A stretch of DNA of 64,000 nucleotides from a virus. Its lineage: Duplodnaviria > Caudoviricetes. The notes beneath the pieces are model-generated. The model did not search any database. It saw nothing but the letters and a program-made list of their open reading frames with translations, and had not been told where the DNA came from. Position 1 is the stretch's first letter; every line of letters starts with the position of its first letter. Below are positions 37,784 through 48,381 of this stretch, piece by piece. The position numbers and the translations under genes are program-made. The stretch is taken from IMG/VR virus record IMGVR_UViG_3300002092_001784, positions 128,001-192,000 of that record, one strand, 5' to 3'.

Positions 37784-39103
37784 ATGAAATTAAAAGAACC
37801 TAAAAATTCAAACTATGCAGCAATAGTTGTACAAATCAAAACTATTGTTCCTTTGGAAAATTGTGACAATGTAGTTGCTGCACAAATTATGGGAAATCAG
37901 GTTATTGTAAGTAAAGATGTACAAATCGAAGATATTGGTTTGTATTTTCCATTGGAAACTCAACTAACCGAACCATATCTTGCCAACAACAATCTGTATA
38001 AGGATGCCGAACTGAATAAGGATGCAACAAAAAAAGGATATTTTGAAAAGAATGGTCGTATTCGTTGTGTGAAGTTTAGAGGTAATAAATCAGAAGGTTT
38101 ATTTATGCCGATACAATCTTTATCTTTTGTCCTAAAGTCCCCACAATCGTTGGAAATTGGGCAAGAATTTGATGAATTGAATGGTATTGTATTGTGTCAG
38201 AAGTACATAGTTAAACTAAAGGGTGAACCCGGTGTTCCCGGTCAGAAGAAACAGAAAATCGGAAAGAAGGCCAAATCAAAACTGATTGAAAGTCAATTCC
38301 GTTTTCACGAAGATACTTCTATGTTATTCAGAAATCTACATCGTATTAATCCGAACGATATTATTAGTATAACTTACAAAGTGCATGGTACATCTGCAAT
38401 CTCTTCCAAACTGCTATGTAAGCGGCCATTAAAGTGGTATGAAACTGCATTGCAGAAATTGGGTGTAAAAATTGTGGACACTCATTATGATTACATTTAC
38501 TCAAGCCGTAAGGTTGTTAAAAACTCCGAATTGCGTGATACTGATAACTCTTTTTATAAAGAGGACATTTGGGGTATTACTCATACTGAATTGAAAGAGT
38601 TTTTGCAGGATGGTATGACAATCTACTATGAAGTGGTTGGGTATTTACCTAACGGTTCGTACATTCAAGGACCATATGATTACGGATGTGAAGCCGGTCA
38701 GCATAAAATTATGATTTACCGTATTACCTACACTAACCCATCAGGTAAGGTATTTGAGTTTTCAGTGAAGCAGGTTAAAGATTGGTGTAAAGAACGTGGG
38801 TTGGAAACCGTACCGCACCTTTACTATGGATACGCTAAAGATTTCTATGATATATACAATGTAAACGGTGATTTATCCGAAACACACATTGACGGATGGC
38901 GTGACGGGTTTTTACAAACTGTAAAAGATAAATACAACGAAAAAGATTGCTACCTTTGTGAAGCAAGAGTGCCCGAAGAAGGTGTAGTAATCCGTATTGA
39001 AAAGAATGAGTTTGAAGCTTATAAGGCAAAATCAAATCGATTCTATGAGTTTGAGACCAAACTGTTAGATAAAGGTGAATCAAACATCGAAGATGAAAAC
39101 TAA
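37784..39103 (+). CDS. ATP-dependent RNA ligase (Rnl2/DRB0094-like) with N-terminal OB-like domain
   Basis: Motif I TYKVHGTS, motif III YEVVG, motif IV EEGVVIR, motif V YKAKS. Confidence 0.85.
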   Translation: MKLKEPKNSNYAAIVVQIKTIVPLENCDNVVAAQIMGNQVIVSKDVQIEDIGLYFPLETQLTEPYLANNNLYKDAELNKDATKKGYFEKNGRIRCVKFRGNKSEGLFMPIQSLSFVLKSPQSLEIGQEFDELNGIVLCQKYIVKLKGEPGVPGQKKQKIGKKAKSKLIESQFRFHEDTSMLFRNLHRINPNDIISITYKVHGTSAISSKLLCKRPLKWYETALQKLGVKIVDTHYDYIYSSRKVVKNSELRDTDNSFYKEDIWGITHTELKEFLQDGMTIYYEVVGYLPNGSYIQGPYDYGCEAGQHKIMIYRITYTNPSGKVFEFSVKQVKDWCKERGLETVPHLYYGYAKDFYDIYNVNGDLSETHIDGWRDGFLQTVKDKYNEKDCYLCEARVPEEGVVIRIEKNEFEAYKAKSNRFYEFETKLLDKGESNIEDEN

Positions 39104-39187
39104 TTCTTAACAATTTCTTAACATTAAAAGCTTGGATTTTCCAAGCTTTTAATGTATATTTGTGTATAATCATTAGAGATATTAGTT

Positions 39188-39448
39188 ATGGAAAATTCAT
39201 TGAAGTTCACATTTGAGACAGTTGTTAGTTATGAACAGGCTTATTATTCCCGTAAGTTGTTTTTTGAGAGTTTTAACATTGTTCGGTTTCTTGTTAAGAA
39301 TCCGAATGGTTCTACCAACGATTTCCCTGTAAAAAGTAGGGAGGAAGCCCTTAAATTGGCCGTTTCATTGCCTGAACGTGGTTGTGAAATTCTGAAAGTG
39401 TATGAGTGTGAACATCGGGAAGAAGATAAAACGGAATATAGTTATTAA
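39188..39448 (+). CDS. Hypothetical protein
   Basis: After boxed promoter. Confidence 0.65.
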   Translation: MENSLKFTFETVVSYEQAYYSRKLFFESFNIVRFLVKNPNGSTNDFPVKSREEALKLAVSLPERGCEILKVYECEHREEDKTEYSY

Positions 39449-39663
39449 TTATTAAAAAATAAAGTTATGAGATATTTTACAATTCCTTTTTTAAGTATAC
39501 TTTACATTATGTGGAGTTATCGTTCAATTCGTAGTATTTACCGCAATGGTTGGGATATTGAAAATCCGCAGATAATATTATGGTTTATATGCACTATAAT
39601 GGCATTATTAGTTCCGTTTGTATTATTGAATGTTTTTTATTGGTAACATTAATATTAAAAGTT

Positions 39664-39885
39664 ATGATTGTAGAGAAATCAAAAAAGAAACAAAAACGGA
39701 TTGAAATTGACTTATCCGGTCCAGAAGGTAACGCATTTGTATTGTTATCTTACGCCCGACGTTGGTGCAAAGATTTGGGTATGGATTATGAACCGTTACG
39801 AAAGGAGTTAACTACATGTGATTACAGTCATTTACTGAACACATTGGATAAACATTTTGGAAAATATGTAATCTTCTACAAATAG
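39664..39885 (+). CDS. Hypothetical phage protein (IDLSGPEGNAF family)
   Basis: Start reassigned to ATG 39664. Confidence 0.7.
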   Translation: MIVEKSKKKQKRIEIDLSGPEGNAFVLLSYARRWCKDLGMDYEPLRKELTTCDYSHLLNTLDKHFGKYVIFYK

Positions 39886-39889
39886 TAGG

Positions 39890-40234
39890 TTATTTATTTT
39901 CTATATCATCTATGATTTCATCAACATCCTTTTCGATATGTGCGGTTTGTTGTTCTATTTTCATAGAAAGTTCTTCGATTTTTGCTATCACTTCGTCTGT
40001 CCGTTTACCACTTAACTTTGAAGTATAACCCAAAACAGGAAGAGCAACACCTTGGAAAAATACAGAAATGATATACTGTATCCATCCTACTAAATTTGTG
40101 GGTTGATTAAAGTATAATGGTACTAATACCATTAATGTAATTATCCAAAACATTGTCATACTCGATAACGAGTCTGATAATATTTCTGCTAATTTATCCA
40201 TTGCTTTATTTAATTTGCCAATAATATTTTTCAT
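39890..40234 (-). CDS. Membrane protein (DUF1003-like)
   Basis: Two TM helices, QGVALPVL, C-terminal coiled coil. Confidence 0.6.
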   Translation of the reverse strand: MKNIIGKLNKAMDKLAEILSDSLSSMTMFWIITLMVLVPLYFNQPTNLVGWIQYIISVFFQGVALPVLGYTSKLSGKRTDEVIAKIEELSMKIEQQTAHIEKDVDEIIDDIENK

Positions 40235-40292
40235 AGTGTATAAGTTTACTATAAATATTATTTTTACTATCAAACCTTTAATTAAAAAAAAA

Positions 40293-40550
40293 ATGAAAAA
40301 TAAATTGAGTTATGTATTTTCGTTAATAATTGTAGTTGCTTTGTTTACAGCTTGCGATTCATACCCATCTGCCGTAGTTTTGGTGGGTCATCAAAATCTT
40401 ATTGTCTATAAATCCGAACGGATTACCAATCCTAAAAATGGTGATTATAAATATGCTGTAACCGATGCCAGTGGGTACGGTTGGACGTTATATTCATTCG
40501 ATAAATACAGTATCGGTGATACGTTATATATTTCAAACAAAAAACGATGA
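40293..40550 (+). CDS. Putative lipoprotein
   Basis: LFTAC lipobox. Confidence 0.65.
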   Translation: MKNKLSYVFSLIIVVALFTACDSYPSAVVLVGHQNLIVYKSERITNPKNGDYKYAVTDASGYGWTLYSFDKYSIGDTLYISNKKR

Positions 40551-40888
40551 AAGAAATAACAACAAAAATTACAGATTACAAACATTGTTATGTATGTGGT
40601 TCATCCGAAAAACGAAGTGGTGATTCTTTACACATATGGGATATAGAATACCAGTGTGGGTGTCGTTTAGTGGGTGCACTTGGTGACCCCACCGATTATG
40701 TGGAAATACCATGTCCGAATGAAACAAAAACATCGGAAGAATGGAGTAAAGAAGTTAATTATAAGATACTCGATCCCGATGGGTGGGATAGAAGTAATTG
40801 GCAATATTCTTTTTATGAACAACTAATTACACGTGAAGAATTTGATAACAGGTTGTTTCAGTCAACAATAGAAGGACGTATTTCTTAA
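40547..40888 (+). CDS. Hypothetical protein with Cys pairs
   Basis: CYVC, YQCGC. Confidence 0.65.
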   Translation: MKEITTKITDYKHCYVCGSSEKRSGDSLHIWDIEYQCGCRLVGALGDPTDYVEIPCPNETKTSEEWSKEVNYKILDPDGWDRSNWQYSFYEQLITREEFDNRLFQSTIEGRIS

Positions 40889-40981
40889 CAATTTCTTAAC
40901 ATTAAAAATTTGGAAATTCATACTAAAAGTAGTATATTTGAATATTGAGTTTTGATAGTGTTTAATCTTAATACCAAAAAT

Positions 40982-41350
40982 ATGAGTACTTTGAATTTCA
41001 GTGATTTGACCGGAAAGTTGGTTGATGTGGTTGTTTCTGTTGGTAATTTATCAGATGTAAAAAACCTAAAGGTCTGTAAGGTTAAGGCCCGTTCGTTGTT
41101 ATTTATCGAAGTTGATAGAACAAATCGTAAAAACATCTTCCGCAAGGTGGCTATTAAAGATGTAGTAGGGTTTTTTAACTCAAATACCGAAACTCCGGTC
41201 ATCTCCATTAAAAAAGATGTCATTCCAACCAAATGGGAATCGGAGTGGGGCACAATCGGTACATTTTCACCATCGATAGTGAATAACCAACAGAGGGTGG
41301 GTCAATTTACAGGCCGTTCATATCGTAAAAGCCGTTTTTACGGTAGGTAA
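40982..41350 (+). CDS. Hypothetical protein
   Basis: After boxed promoter. Confidence 0.7.
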   Translation: MSTLNFSDLTGKLVDVVVSVGNLSDVKNLKVCKVKARSLLFIEVDRTNRKNIFRKVAIKDVVGFFNSNTETPVISIKKDVIPTKWESEWGTIGTFSPSIVNNQQRVGQFTGRSYRKSRFYGR

Positions 41351-41397
41351 TTTTTTGTTTTAATCATTATGAAATTGTTTAACTTATATCACATATT

Positions 41398-41700
41398 ATG
41401 AAATATTTTGTACCGTTTATTTGGAGATTGATTGTTGTTTTGACTTTCTGTACTTTTGTGTTAATTTTATCAATACCATTTTTAATATTAGCTACTCTAT
41501 GGAATTTTAATCCAAAACAAAATTGGAAATGGTTTAAGGGTGATATGATTGATACTCCATTTATGATTCAAGACTCATTTGAATATTATGCCGAATGTGT
41601 TCTTTATGAACGTGGAGTAGTTACTGAAGAGCCAAAACGTTGGAGGTACAACTCTCCTATGGATTATTTATTTGGTAGAAAAACATATATATCTGAATAA
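41398..41700 (+). CDS. Hypothetical membrane protein
   Basis: N-terminal TM segment. Confidence 0.6.
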   Translation: MKYFVPFIWRLIVVLTFCTFVLILSIPFLILATLWNFNPKQNWKWFKGDMIDTPFMIQDSFEYYAECVLYERGVVTEEPKRWRYNSPMDYLFGRKTYISE

Positions 41701-41881
41701 CACTAAAATATAATACTATGGATAATTATGAATTAATATACGAATTGCAAGATAAAATTATTGATTTGAAAAATCTTATAATAGAACTAAATTTGGAGAA
41801 TCAGTATCTAAAATCCCAAAATGAGCAGTTGAAATCGCAACTTACAACCGAACGGTGTATGAAATCTAATAAATAAATACT

Positions 41882-42082
41882 ATGAAAAATATTGAAGTTG
41901 GAACAAAGTTTGAAAATAATAATGGTGACCAGTTTGAAATCACATATGTATCACCGGCTAAATTTAGTTTGAAAGCAAAAAATGTAAGAACACAAATACC
42001 ATATTCATTTTTGTGGTCGGACAAGTTTGATACATTCGTTATGGAAACCAATGCAAAAGTTCAATTAGGAAATTTAATTTAA
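41882..42082 (+). CDS. Hypothetical protein
   Basis: Short ORF. Confidence 0.6.
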   Translation: MKNIEVGTKFENNNGDQFEITYVSPAKFSLKAKNVRTQIPYSFLWSDKFDTFVMETNAKVQLGNLI

Positions 42083-42095
42083 TTAAAACTGTTAT

Positions 42096-42446
42096 ATGAA
42101 TTTACAATTTAAGTCAGCTGATAAAAAGTTTAATACACCGTACGCAAAGTATCTAAACATTATTATACAGGAATCGTTTACAGATACATTCCCATCTATG
42201 GTTCGTATTGGTAGAGCCCCTGCTTATGCAAAACATCTAATCGGTAAGAGGTATATTGATTTGGAAAAGGCAATCAAAGTCATTGATGCGGTTTACTCCG
42301 AACACCTTATTTCAAAGAATAGAAAAACAGCTTATAAGGATTTGGTTGAGTTGGGTATTGAATCTGATAGTATAACCGAATATGTACCTATCATTCCAAA
42401 GATAGATTATTCACAAACCGTAGTTAGTAGTTCACCTATTGACTAA
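42096..42446 (+). CDS. Hypothetical protein
   Basis: 116-aa ORF. Confidence 0.7.
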   Translation: MNLQFKSADKKFNTPYAKYLNIIIQESFTDTFPSMVRIGRAPAYAKHLIGKRYIDLEKAIKVIDAVYSEHLISKNRKTAYKDLVELGIESDSITEYVPIIPKIDYSQTVVSSSPID

Positions 42447-42609
42447 TACGTTATGTATAACCTGCAGTTTATCAGTAAGTTAACTATATTTTATATATAA
42501 ATTCTTACTAAACTGCAAGCTATGCATTTATTTTACCAGAAAATTGTTATTTAACATAATAAGTTATAGGTTTTCAAAAACCTATACATTAAAGCCATAA
42601 CCTATAATT

Positions 42610-43038
42610 ATGAAATTGACCGTAGAATTAGTCCCAAGAACTGCTTGGTATTCTAACGTTCGTTCTAATGTGTCTACCAAAGAGTGGGATAGACTTAGAC
42701 GTAAGTGTTACGAGCTTGCAAATCGTCGTTGTGAAATTTGTAAAGGTGTCGGAACTAAACACCCAGTAGAATGTCATGAGACTTGGCAATATGATGATAC
42801 CAATCATATTCAAAAACTTATAGGGTTAATAGCGCTATGTCCCAACTGTCATAAAGTCAAACATCCGGGTCTTGCTCAAATGAAAGGGGAAACGAAGCTC
42901 GTAGAGCAACAATTAATGAAAGTTAATGGGATTACTTACTCCGAAGCGATAACCGTTATAAATGAGGCATTTAAGCAATGGGAGCGACGTAGTATGTATG
43001 ATTGGAAGTTGGATATTAGTTACTTAGATACTTATTAA
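42610..43038 (+). CDS. HNH endonuclease-family protein
   Basis: CEIC...ECHE.W...LIALCPNCHKVKH. Confidence 0.8.
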   Translation: MKLTVELVPRTAWYSNVRSNVSTKEWDRLRRKCYELANRRCEICKGVGTKHPVECHETWQYDDTNHIQKLIGLIALCPNCHKVKHPGLAQMKGETKLVEQQLMKVNGITYSEAITVINEAFKQWERRSMYDWKLDISYLDTY

Positions 43039-43039
43039 T

Positions 43040-43351
43040 ATGAATAAAATAGCACAAATATTTAATGCTTGGAAAATCTCATATAACCCAACCGATGAAC
43101 AATCCGAATTGGCAGCTGCCCGTATGGAAATATGCGACAGATGTGAATATAAAACCCAAGCTACTATATATGTACCATATACACATTGTAACCAATGCTA
43201 CTGTAAATTAGATAAAAAGGTATTCTCAACCGATACAGAATATACGCCCGATACAAAATATCAAACATGTCCGAAAGGATTTTGGGCAGATGTAGAGAGG
43301 ACATGGAGTTTGAAAAACAGTAAGAAGAAATACGATAGTTTGAAAAAGTAA
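43040..43351 (+). CDS. Cys-rich hypothetical protein
   Basis: RMEICDRC...CNQCYC...CPKGFW. Confidence 0.7.
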   Translation: MNKIAQIFNAWKISYNPTDEQSELAAARMEICDRCEYKTQATIYVPYTHCNQCYCKLDKKVFSTDTEYTPDTKYQTCPKGFWADVERTWSLKNSKKKYDSLKK

Positions 43352-43362
43352 TATTTATTAGC

Positions 43363-43674
43363 ATGATACGATTAACCGAACTACTGAATGTTAACTTTAA
43401 TAAAGTAAATTGGACTAAACAGTCTGAAAACGATAAGGCTATTATCTATAATATAATGATTAATGGACGTACCGGTGGTCGTATTATTTACGATAAAGCT
43501 CGTAAAATCTACATAGCTACAATGGAAAACTCAGATAATACGTTTCAACCTAAAAGTTTTAAGTCTAAAAAAGATGCAATTACTTATATGAGTTCATTTA
43601 GTGTGTTCTCAAATCCAATTACGGTTATGGGTGGTAGTGAAGAACCATCATATCAATCATATGCAGGTACTTGA
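43363..43674 (+). CDS. Hypothetical protein with MIRLTELL leader variant
   Basis: Leader similar to 11.8-15.2 kb genes; ATATTTAT just upstream. Confidence 0.7.
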   Translation: MIRLTELLNVNFNKVNWTKQSENDKAIIYNIMINGRTGGRIIYDKARKIYIATMENSDNTFQPKSFKSKKDAITYMSSFSVFSNPITVMGGSEEPSYQSYAGT

Positions 43675-43700
43675 TTAATAAAAAAAAAGAATATAAAAAC

Positions 43701-43727
43701 AAAAGGGAGTAAATAACTCCCTTTTTT
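43701..43727. terminator. Bidirectional intrinsic terminator
   Basis: AAAAGGGAGT-AAATA-ACTCCCTTTT between convergent genes. Confidence 0.8.
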
Positions 43728-43984
43728 TAGTCTGTAATCCGTACACCATTATATGGTTTGATAAACTGAAGAAATGCTTTACCTGTTGAATCAGAATCTC
43801 TAAATGCTTCGTAACTTTCAATTTTTACGTTATCATATTGATATTCAGCGATTGGTGCTCCTTCTCTTTTCTTAAAAGTTACAACTAATTGATTATTTTT
43901 TAAGTTCATTACTGAATTTTCAATCATAGATGAATCGTATGTAACCAGTTCTACAATACCTACCGTTTCTACTGCTTTTTTCAT
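43727..43984 (-). CDS. KTSC domain protein
   Basis: SSMI...L.V.FK....Y.Y..V....Y..F..S.S.GK.F...IK. Confidence 0.8.
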   Translation of the reverse strand: MKKAVETVGIVELVTYDSSMIENSVMNLKNNQLVVTFKKREGAPIAEYQYDNVKIESYEAFRDSDSTGKAFLQFIKPYNGVRITD

Positions 43985-44109
43985 ATCTTTAGTTTTTCAT
44001 AGTTATATTTCTTACAAAGATACAAAAAATATTTCACATTTCCAAATATATAGGCAAGAAAAAGGGAGTTAATCACTCCCTTTAACCGAAACCTTATGAT
44101 TTAATTTAT

Positions 44110-44916
44110 TTAGTATTTAGTTCCACAATGTGGGCAGAACTTATAAGATGCTTTTTTAACTTTAGCACCACATTCAGTACAGTAATTTTTTATATCATCG
44201 GATTGATATACTTTCTGTGACATTGGTAAAATTTTCCAAGTTACAATACTATCTGTATGGTGAAGAAATGACCGATTTGAATTTACAAAATGTTGGTCCG
44301 ATTTTTCACCTTTATCAATAATGCCCGTTTCAACTTTGGGTGTTGATGGTGCTGATCTTAAATCCTTATTGAAAAATGTCTTACTATCACATAATAACGA
44401 GTTGGATGATAGCGTATTATTTTTTATTGAATTGATGTGACAATCATTGGTTGTCGTAAACGATGCTACCCCACCAATAAAACCTCCCGTATTTGTTGTA
44501 TATATTGGGTAGTTGGTATAAGTAATCGCACCTACATATGGATTTGAAGTTGGTACATATTCATCAAAAAATTCAATTTGAACATTACCGTTTTCAGATA
44601 TAGCTATAAATGCCTCAACTGTACTATCCACTTCGTAAGTATGGAATACGAATTTATTATTACTATCCAAAAATCTTTCCAAAAATATTCGTTCAGCAGG
44701 ACGTAAAACGATACCACCGCCAGATATATACTGACCGTTTATCTTAATTTGAGCTAAAATGTGAATGTGTTTTGGATTGTATAATTCGATTGTAAATGTA
44801 TCCGAATCTTTCAAGTAAACGGTATTACCGAATTGTTTTAATCTTTGCTTAAATTCGTTGGCAATAAAAGCAGATGGTTTTTTAAGGGATACCCCATCCC
44901 AAATTGATTGTTTCAT
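44110..44916 (-). CDS. Hypothetical protein with C-terminal zinc ribbon
   Basis: CTECG...FCPHCG. Confidence 0.75.
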   Translation of the reverse strand: MKQSIWDGVSLKKPSAFIANEFKQRLKQFGNTVYLKDSDTFTIELYNPKHIHILAQIKINGQYISGGGIVLRPAERIFLERFLDSNNKFVFHTYEVDSTVEAFIAISENGNVQIEFFDEYVPTSNPYVGAITYTNYPIYTTNTGGFIGGVASFTTTNDCHINSIKNNTLSSNSLLCDSKTFFNKDLRSAPSTPKVETGIIDKGEKSDQHFVNSNRSFLHHTDSIVTWKILPMSQKVYQSDDIKNYCTECGAKVKKASYKFCPHCGTKY

Positions 44917-45121
44917 AATTATTTCTCCTTATTTTTTAATTGTATATAAACTTTTATTCGTTGGCCTTTCTCCAACTCAAATGTCACAAAGGACACTAAA
45001 GGTTTAACCACAAGGTTTCATATATAAATATATAGTAGTTATAGAAAACGACAGATTATTGGACATAAAAAATGGGTATATTTGAAAAAAACATACCCAT
45101 TCTTAAAATATTAAAAAATCC

Positions 45122-46258
45122 TTACTGAATAATAACAGATTCGGTTCTACGATTTAATGCATGCTCAGCTTCTGTACATTTAACACCATCTTTACATTTG
45201 TTAACCAATTGGGTTTCACCAAATGCTTGAGCGTTAATTCGATTTACACTAATACCTTTACCCACTAAATAATCGATAACAGATTTACCACGTTTTTCTG
45301 AAAGTTTCATATTGTAGTTTGCCGGTCCTCTTGAATCCGTATGAGATTTAATACTTACATTTACAGTAACATCTTCTTTTAGGTTAGATGCCAAACTGTC
45401 CAAACTTGCAGTAGCTTTATCTGTTAAATTCCATTTATCAAATGCAAAATACACTTTGTATTTATTTCCCAATACAGATGGTTTTACCACCGGTGCTGGA
45501 ATTGGCTTAGGTTCGGGTTTAGGTTCTGGCTTTGGTTGTATCGCTTTTGGCAGTTCAACTATTGGTGCTGCAACTTTTTTGTGAGGTATTACAAAAGATA
45601 TACCTACATAATTGTAAAGTTTTGTACCATACGTTGTAGTCCTTGCGGAGTTTTCAGAAGTTCTACCATCTAATCTATCAGTGTTAACCCAACTCCATTG
45701 AGTACCGATATTAAGCTTAACCGTTTCTGTTAATTTGATACCAATACCCACTCCTAATGGAATTACTGGAAATTCAGTTTTAGTTCCTGTTGTGATTCCC
45801 ACTTTATTATTTAAGTGAGCTATACCCAAGCCAACCTTTCCGTATAGGTAAAGATTTCTATCAAACTTATTTGCGGATAGCAGATTATTGATATTCCATA
45901 CTGAGTTCAAATCATACTCATTTACCAATGTTCTAAAATTAGGTTCACTGTACGGTGTATCAAATCCGTGATAGTTCGTACCCGGTAATAGTGTATTTTG
46001 ATTCCAATTCAGTTCTAATGCAAATGTATGATTAAAATTCTTTTTTACATTAGCCCCAAATCCAATACCCGCTTGGCTATCCCAATCGTAGGTTGAATGT
46101 GATTTTAGTCCATTGAATTGATATTCTCCGGAATAATTGGCAACTCCACCATTTACTCCAATTTCCCATTTATTAAATGGTTCGGTGTTTGTTTTATCTT
46201 GTGCTGATAAAAAATTGAATGAAAGCAATAACGCAATCATAAAAAACAGTTTTTTCAT
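45122..46258 (-). CDS. OmpA-family outer-membrane protein
   Basis: Signal peptide, beta-barrel, PK/PE linker, YFAFDK, HTDSRG..YNMKLSEKR, A.NRRTE. Confidence 0.92.
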   Translation of the reverse strand: MKKLFFMIALLLSFNFLSAQDKTNTEPFNKWEIGVNGGVANYSGEYQFNGLKSHSTYDWDSQAGIGFGANVKKNFNHTFALELNWNQNTLLPGTNYHGFDTPYSEPNFRTLVNEYDLNSVWNINNLLSANKFDRNLYLYGKVGLGIAHLNNKVGITTGTKTEFPVIPLGVGIGIKLTETVKLNIGTQWSWVNTDRLDGRTSENSARTTTYGTKLYNYVGISFVIPHKKVAAPIVELPKAIQPKPEPKPEPKPIPAPVVKPSVLGNKYKVYFAFDKWNLTDKATASLDSLASNLKEDVTVNVSIKSHTDSRGPANYNMKLSEKRGKSVIDYLVGKGISVNRINAQAFGETQLVNKCKDGVKCTEAEHALNRRTESVIIQ

Positions 46259-46418
46259 ATCTACTTAATTTTTAGTTAATTATATACAAATATATATAAA
46301 ATATCCGAATTTTCCAAATGTTTTCATATTTATTTTTAATTAACAATTATTTAACATTTAACATTTGGAAATGTGGATTTTTTTTATTACATTTACAATG
46401 TAATAATTAATTAGAGTT

Positions 46419-46769
46419 ATGGCAACAAACAATGAAAAGACCGAAAAGTATTTAGAAGGTAATCCGATTGTTAGTAAATTTATTGATGAGGTTAACACCA
46501 AAATCAAAAATTATTATGAAACCTCCTTACGAGGATTGGAATTTGAACCAGTTGTGGTTGAAGTTGGAAATAAATTTATTCGAGTTTGGCATAATCGTTC
46601 GTGTTGGGGGTTTATCAGTAGAGTGGATGGTGTATTAAAAGGTTCACCAATTAAAAAAGGTGATTTATTGATGGCCGCAAGTTGGAAATCACCAGCTAAA
46701 CATTCCCGTGGTAACATCATCGAAGGCAATGCAAGATGGGGAGTATACGGCCCCGAATACCTAAAATAA
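46419..46769 (+). CDS. Hypothetical phage protein (GDLLMAASWK.PAKH.RGNI family)
   Basis: After boxed promoter. Confidence 0.75.
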   Translation: MATNNEKTEKYLEGNPIVSKFIDEVNTKIKNYYETSLRGLEFEPVVVEVGNKFIRVWHNRSCWGFISRVDGVLKGSPIKKGDLLMAASWKSPAKHSRGNIIEGNARWGVYGPEYLK

Positions 46770-46774
46770 TAAAT

Positions 46775-48160
46775 GTGATATTAAGAGAAAATCAAATCAC
46801 ACCTGTGCAAGTGGGTGTGAATTTTTTTAAGCAAAAGAAGGCAGACCCTTCTATTATAGTTGCTCCAACGGCATTTGGTAAATCGATTGTCATCGCAAAA
46901 ATATGCCATGAAGTTGGTGAAAAAATGGTTATAATTCAACCATCAAAAGAGTTATTAGAACAAAATTATAATAAGTTCATAAATTTGGGTGGGGTTGCTT
47001 CAATATATTCTGCTGCAATGAAAGAAAAAGAAATTGGTGAAGTTACATATGCCACCATTGGTTCTATTGTTAACATTGCTCACAAATTCAAATCATTGGG
47101 AATTACAAAAGTAATTATCGATGAGTGTGATAGATTCCCACGTGAGCCTGATGGTATGCTTCGTAGATTTTTATCAGCATCTGGAGTTACGCATGTATTG
47201 GGATTAACAGCAACACCATTAAAACTACAAACCAATATGGGAGAAGATGGTCGTCCGTTTTCCAAATTAGTAATGTTAACATCACCTTCTAAGAAAGGTA
47301 TATTTTTCAAACATATTATCCATGTTGCCCAAATTGAAGAAATGGTTCGTTTAGGATTTTGGTCACCGTTGGAATATGAATCATATGATTTTAGTACAGG
47401 TGAGTTAGTATATAATTCAACTAATGCTGATTTTACGGAAGAATCAATACAGAGGGCTTACAAAAATCAAGATATTGGCGGAAAGATAGTACGAAGAATT
47501 GCTGATATGCCCGAACGAAAATCTATACTAATCGCAGTACCATCGATTGCCGCAGCAAAGGAGTTATCAACTCGGTTACCATCGTGCGAAGCAGTATTTT
47601 CGGATATGCCAAATGCTGATAGAAAACGTATTATTGAGGAATTTAAGGAACTGAAACTCAGAATCGTTGTGCAGGTAAATATTCTTTCAGTTGGATTTGA
47701 CCACCCGCAGTTAGATTGTATTATAACGGGTCGCCCAACCGCTTCATTGAGTTGGTGGTATCAATTTGTAGGTAGAGTAACTCGTATTCATAACGAGAAG
47801 CTAAATGGGCTTGTTGTGGATTTTGTAGGTTCAGTTCCGAAGTTTGGAAAGGTTGAAGATTTATTGTTCAAAAAAGATAGTATGAATTGGAAACTTTTTG
47901 GCGAAGGAGATAAATTATTGACTGGTATACCTTTACATGAAATTGGATTACATATTGATGGTCAACCTTCACCGCAAGAAAAAGTTATTATGGGTGCGCC
48001 GGAAGAGACTGTAATTATGACATTTGGTAAATATAAAGATATTGAAGTTATAAAAATTCCAAAGTGGTACAGAGATTGGATGCTGAACAACATTAAGAAA
48101 ACGACATACAATTCTCCAATAATGAATGAAATAGAAAGATTAAAAGAAATTGGGATTTGA
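46775..48160 (+). CDS. Superfamily 2 DExD/H helicase
   Basis: PTAFGKS, IIDECD, TAT, GFDHPQLD, QFVGRVTR; GTG start at 46775 preferred. Confidence 0.9.
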   Translation: MILRENQITPVQVGVNFFKQKKADPSIIVAPTAFGKSIVIAKICHEVGEKMVIIQPSKELLEQNYNKFINLGGVASIYSAAMKEKEIGEVTYATIGSIVNIAHKFKSLGITKVIIDECDRFPREPDGMLRRFLSASGVTHVLGLTATPLKLQTNMGEDGRPFSKLVMLTSPSKKGIFFKHIIHVAQIEEMVRLGFWSPLEYESYDFSTGELVYNSTNADFTEESIQRAYKNQDIGGKIVRRIADMPERKSILIAVPSIAAAKELSTRLPSCEAVFSDMPNADRKRIIEEFKELKLRIVVQVNILSVGFDHPQLDCIITGRPTASLSWWYQFVGRVTRIHNEKLNGLVVDFVGSVPKFGKVEDLLFKKDSMNWKLFGEGDKLLTGIPLHEIGLHIDGQPSPQEKVIMGAPEETVIMTFGKYKDIEVIKIPKWYRDWMLNNIKKTTYNSPIMNEIERLKEIGI

Positions 48161-48381
48161 CGCTTAGTTATTCCGTGTCTGCAGTCAAGCTTTATTTTAA
48201 GTCTGCTTTCTTTAACAGGCTAGCCGCTTTTCCGTTGCTGTCAACCCCTAAATAGATATTCAGACATTTTCAAAACGACAGAAAAAATATGTTAAAAAAT
48301 GTTAAAATGGAAATATACATGAAATCGTTTGGAAATCTCAAAAATTTTTAGTAACTTTGTAAAAACTTAAATAGTGTAGTT

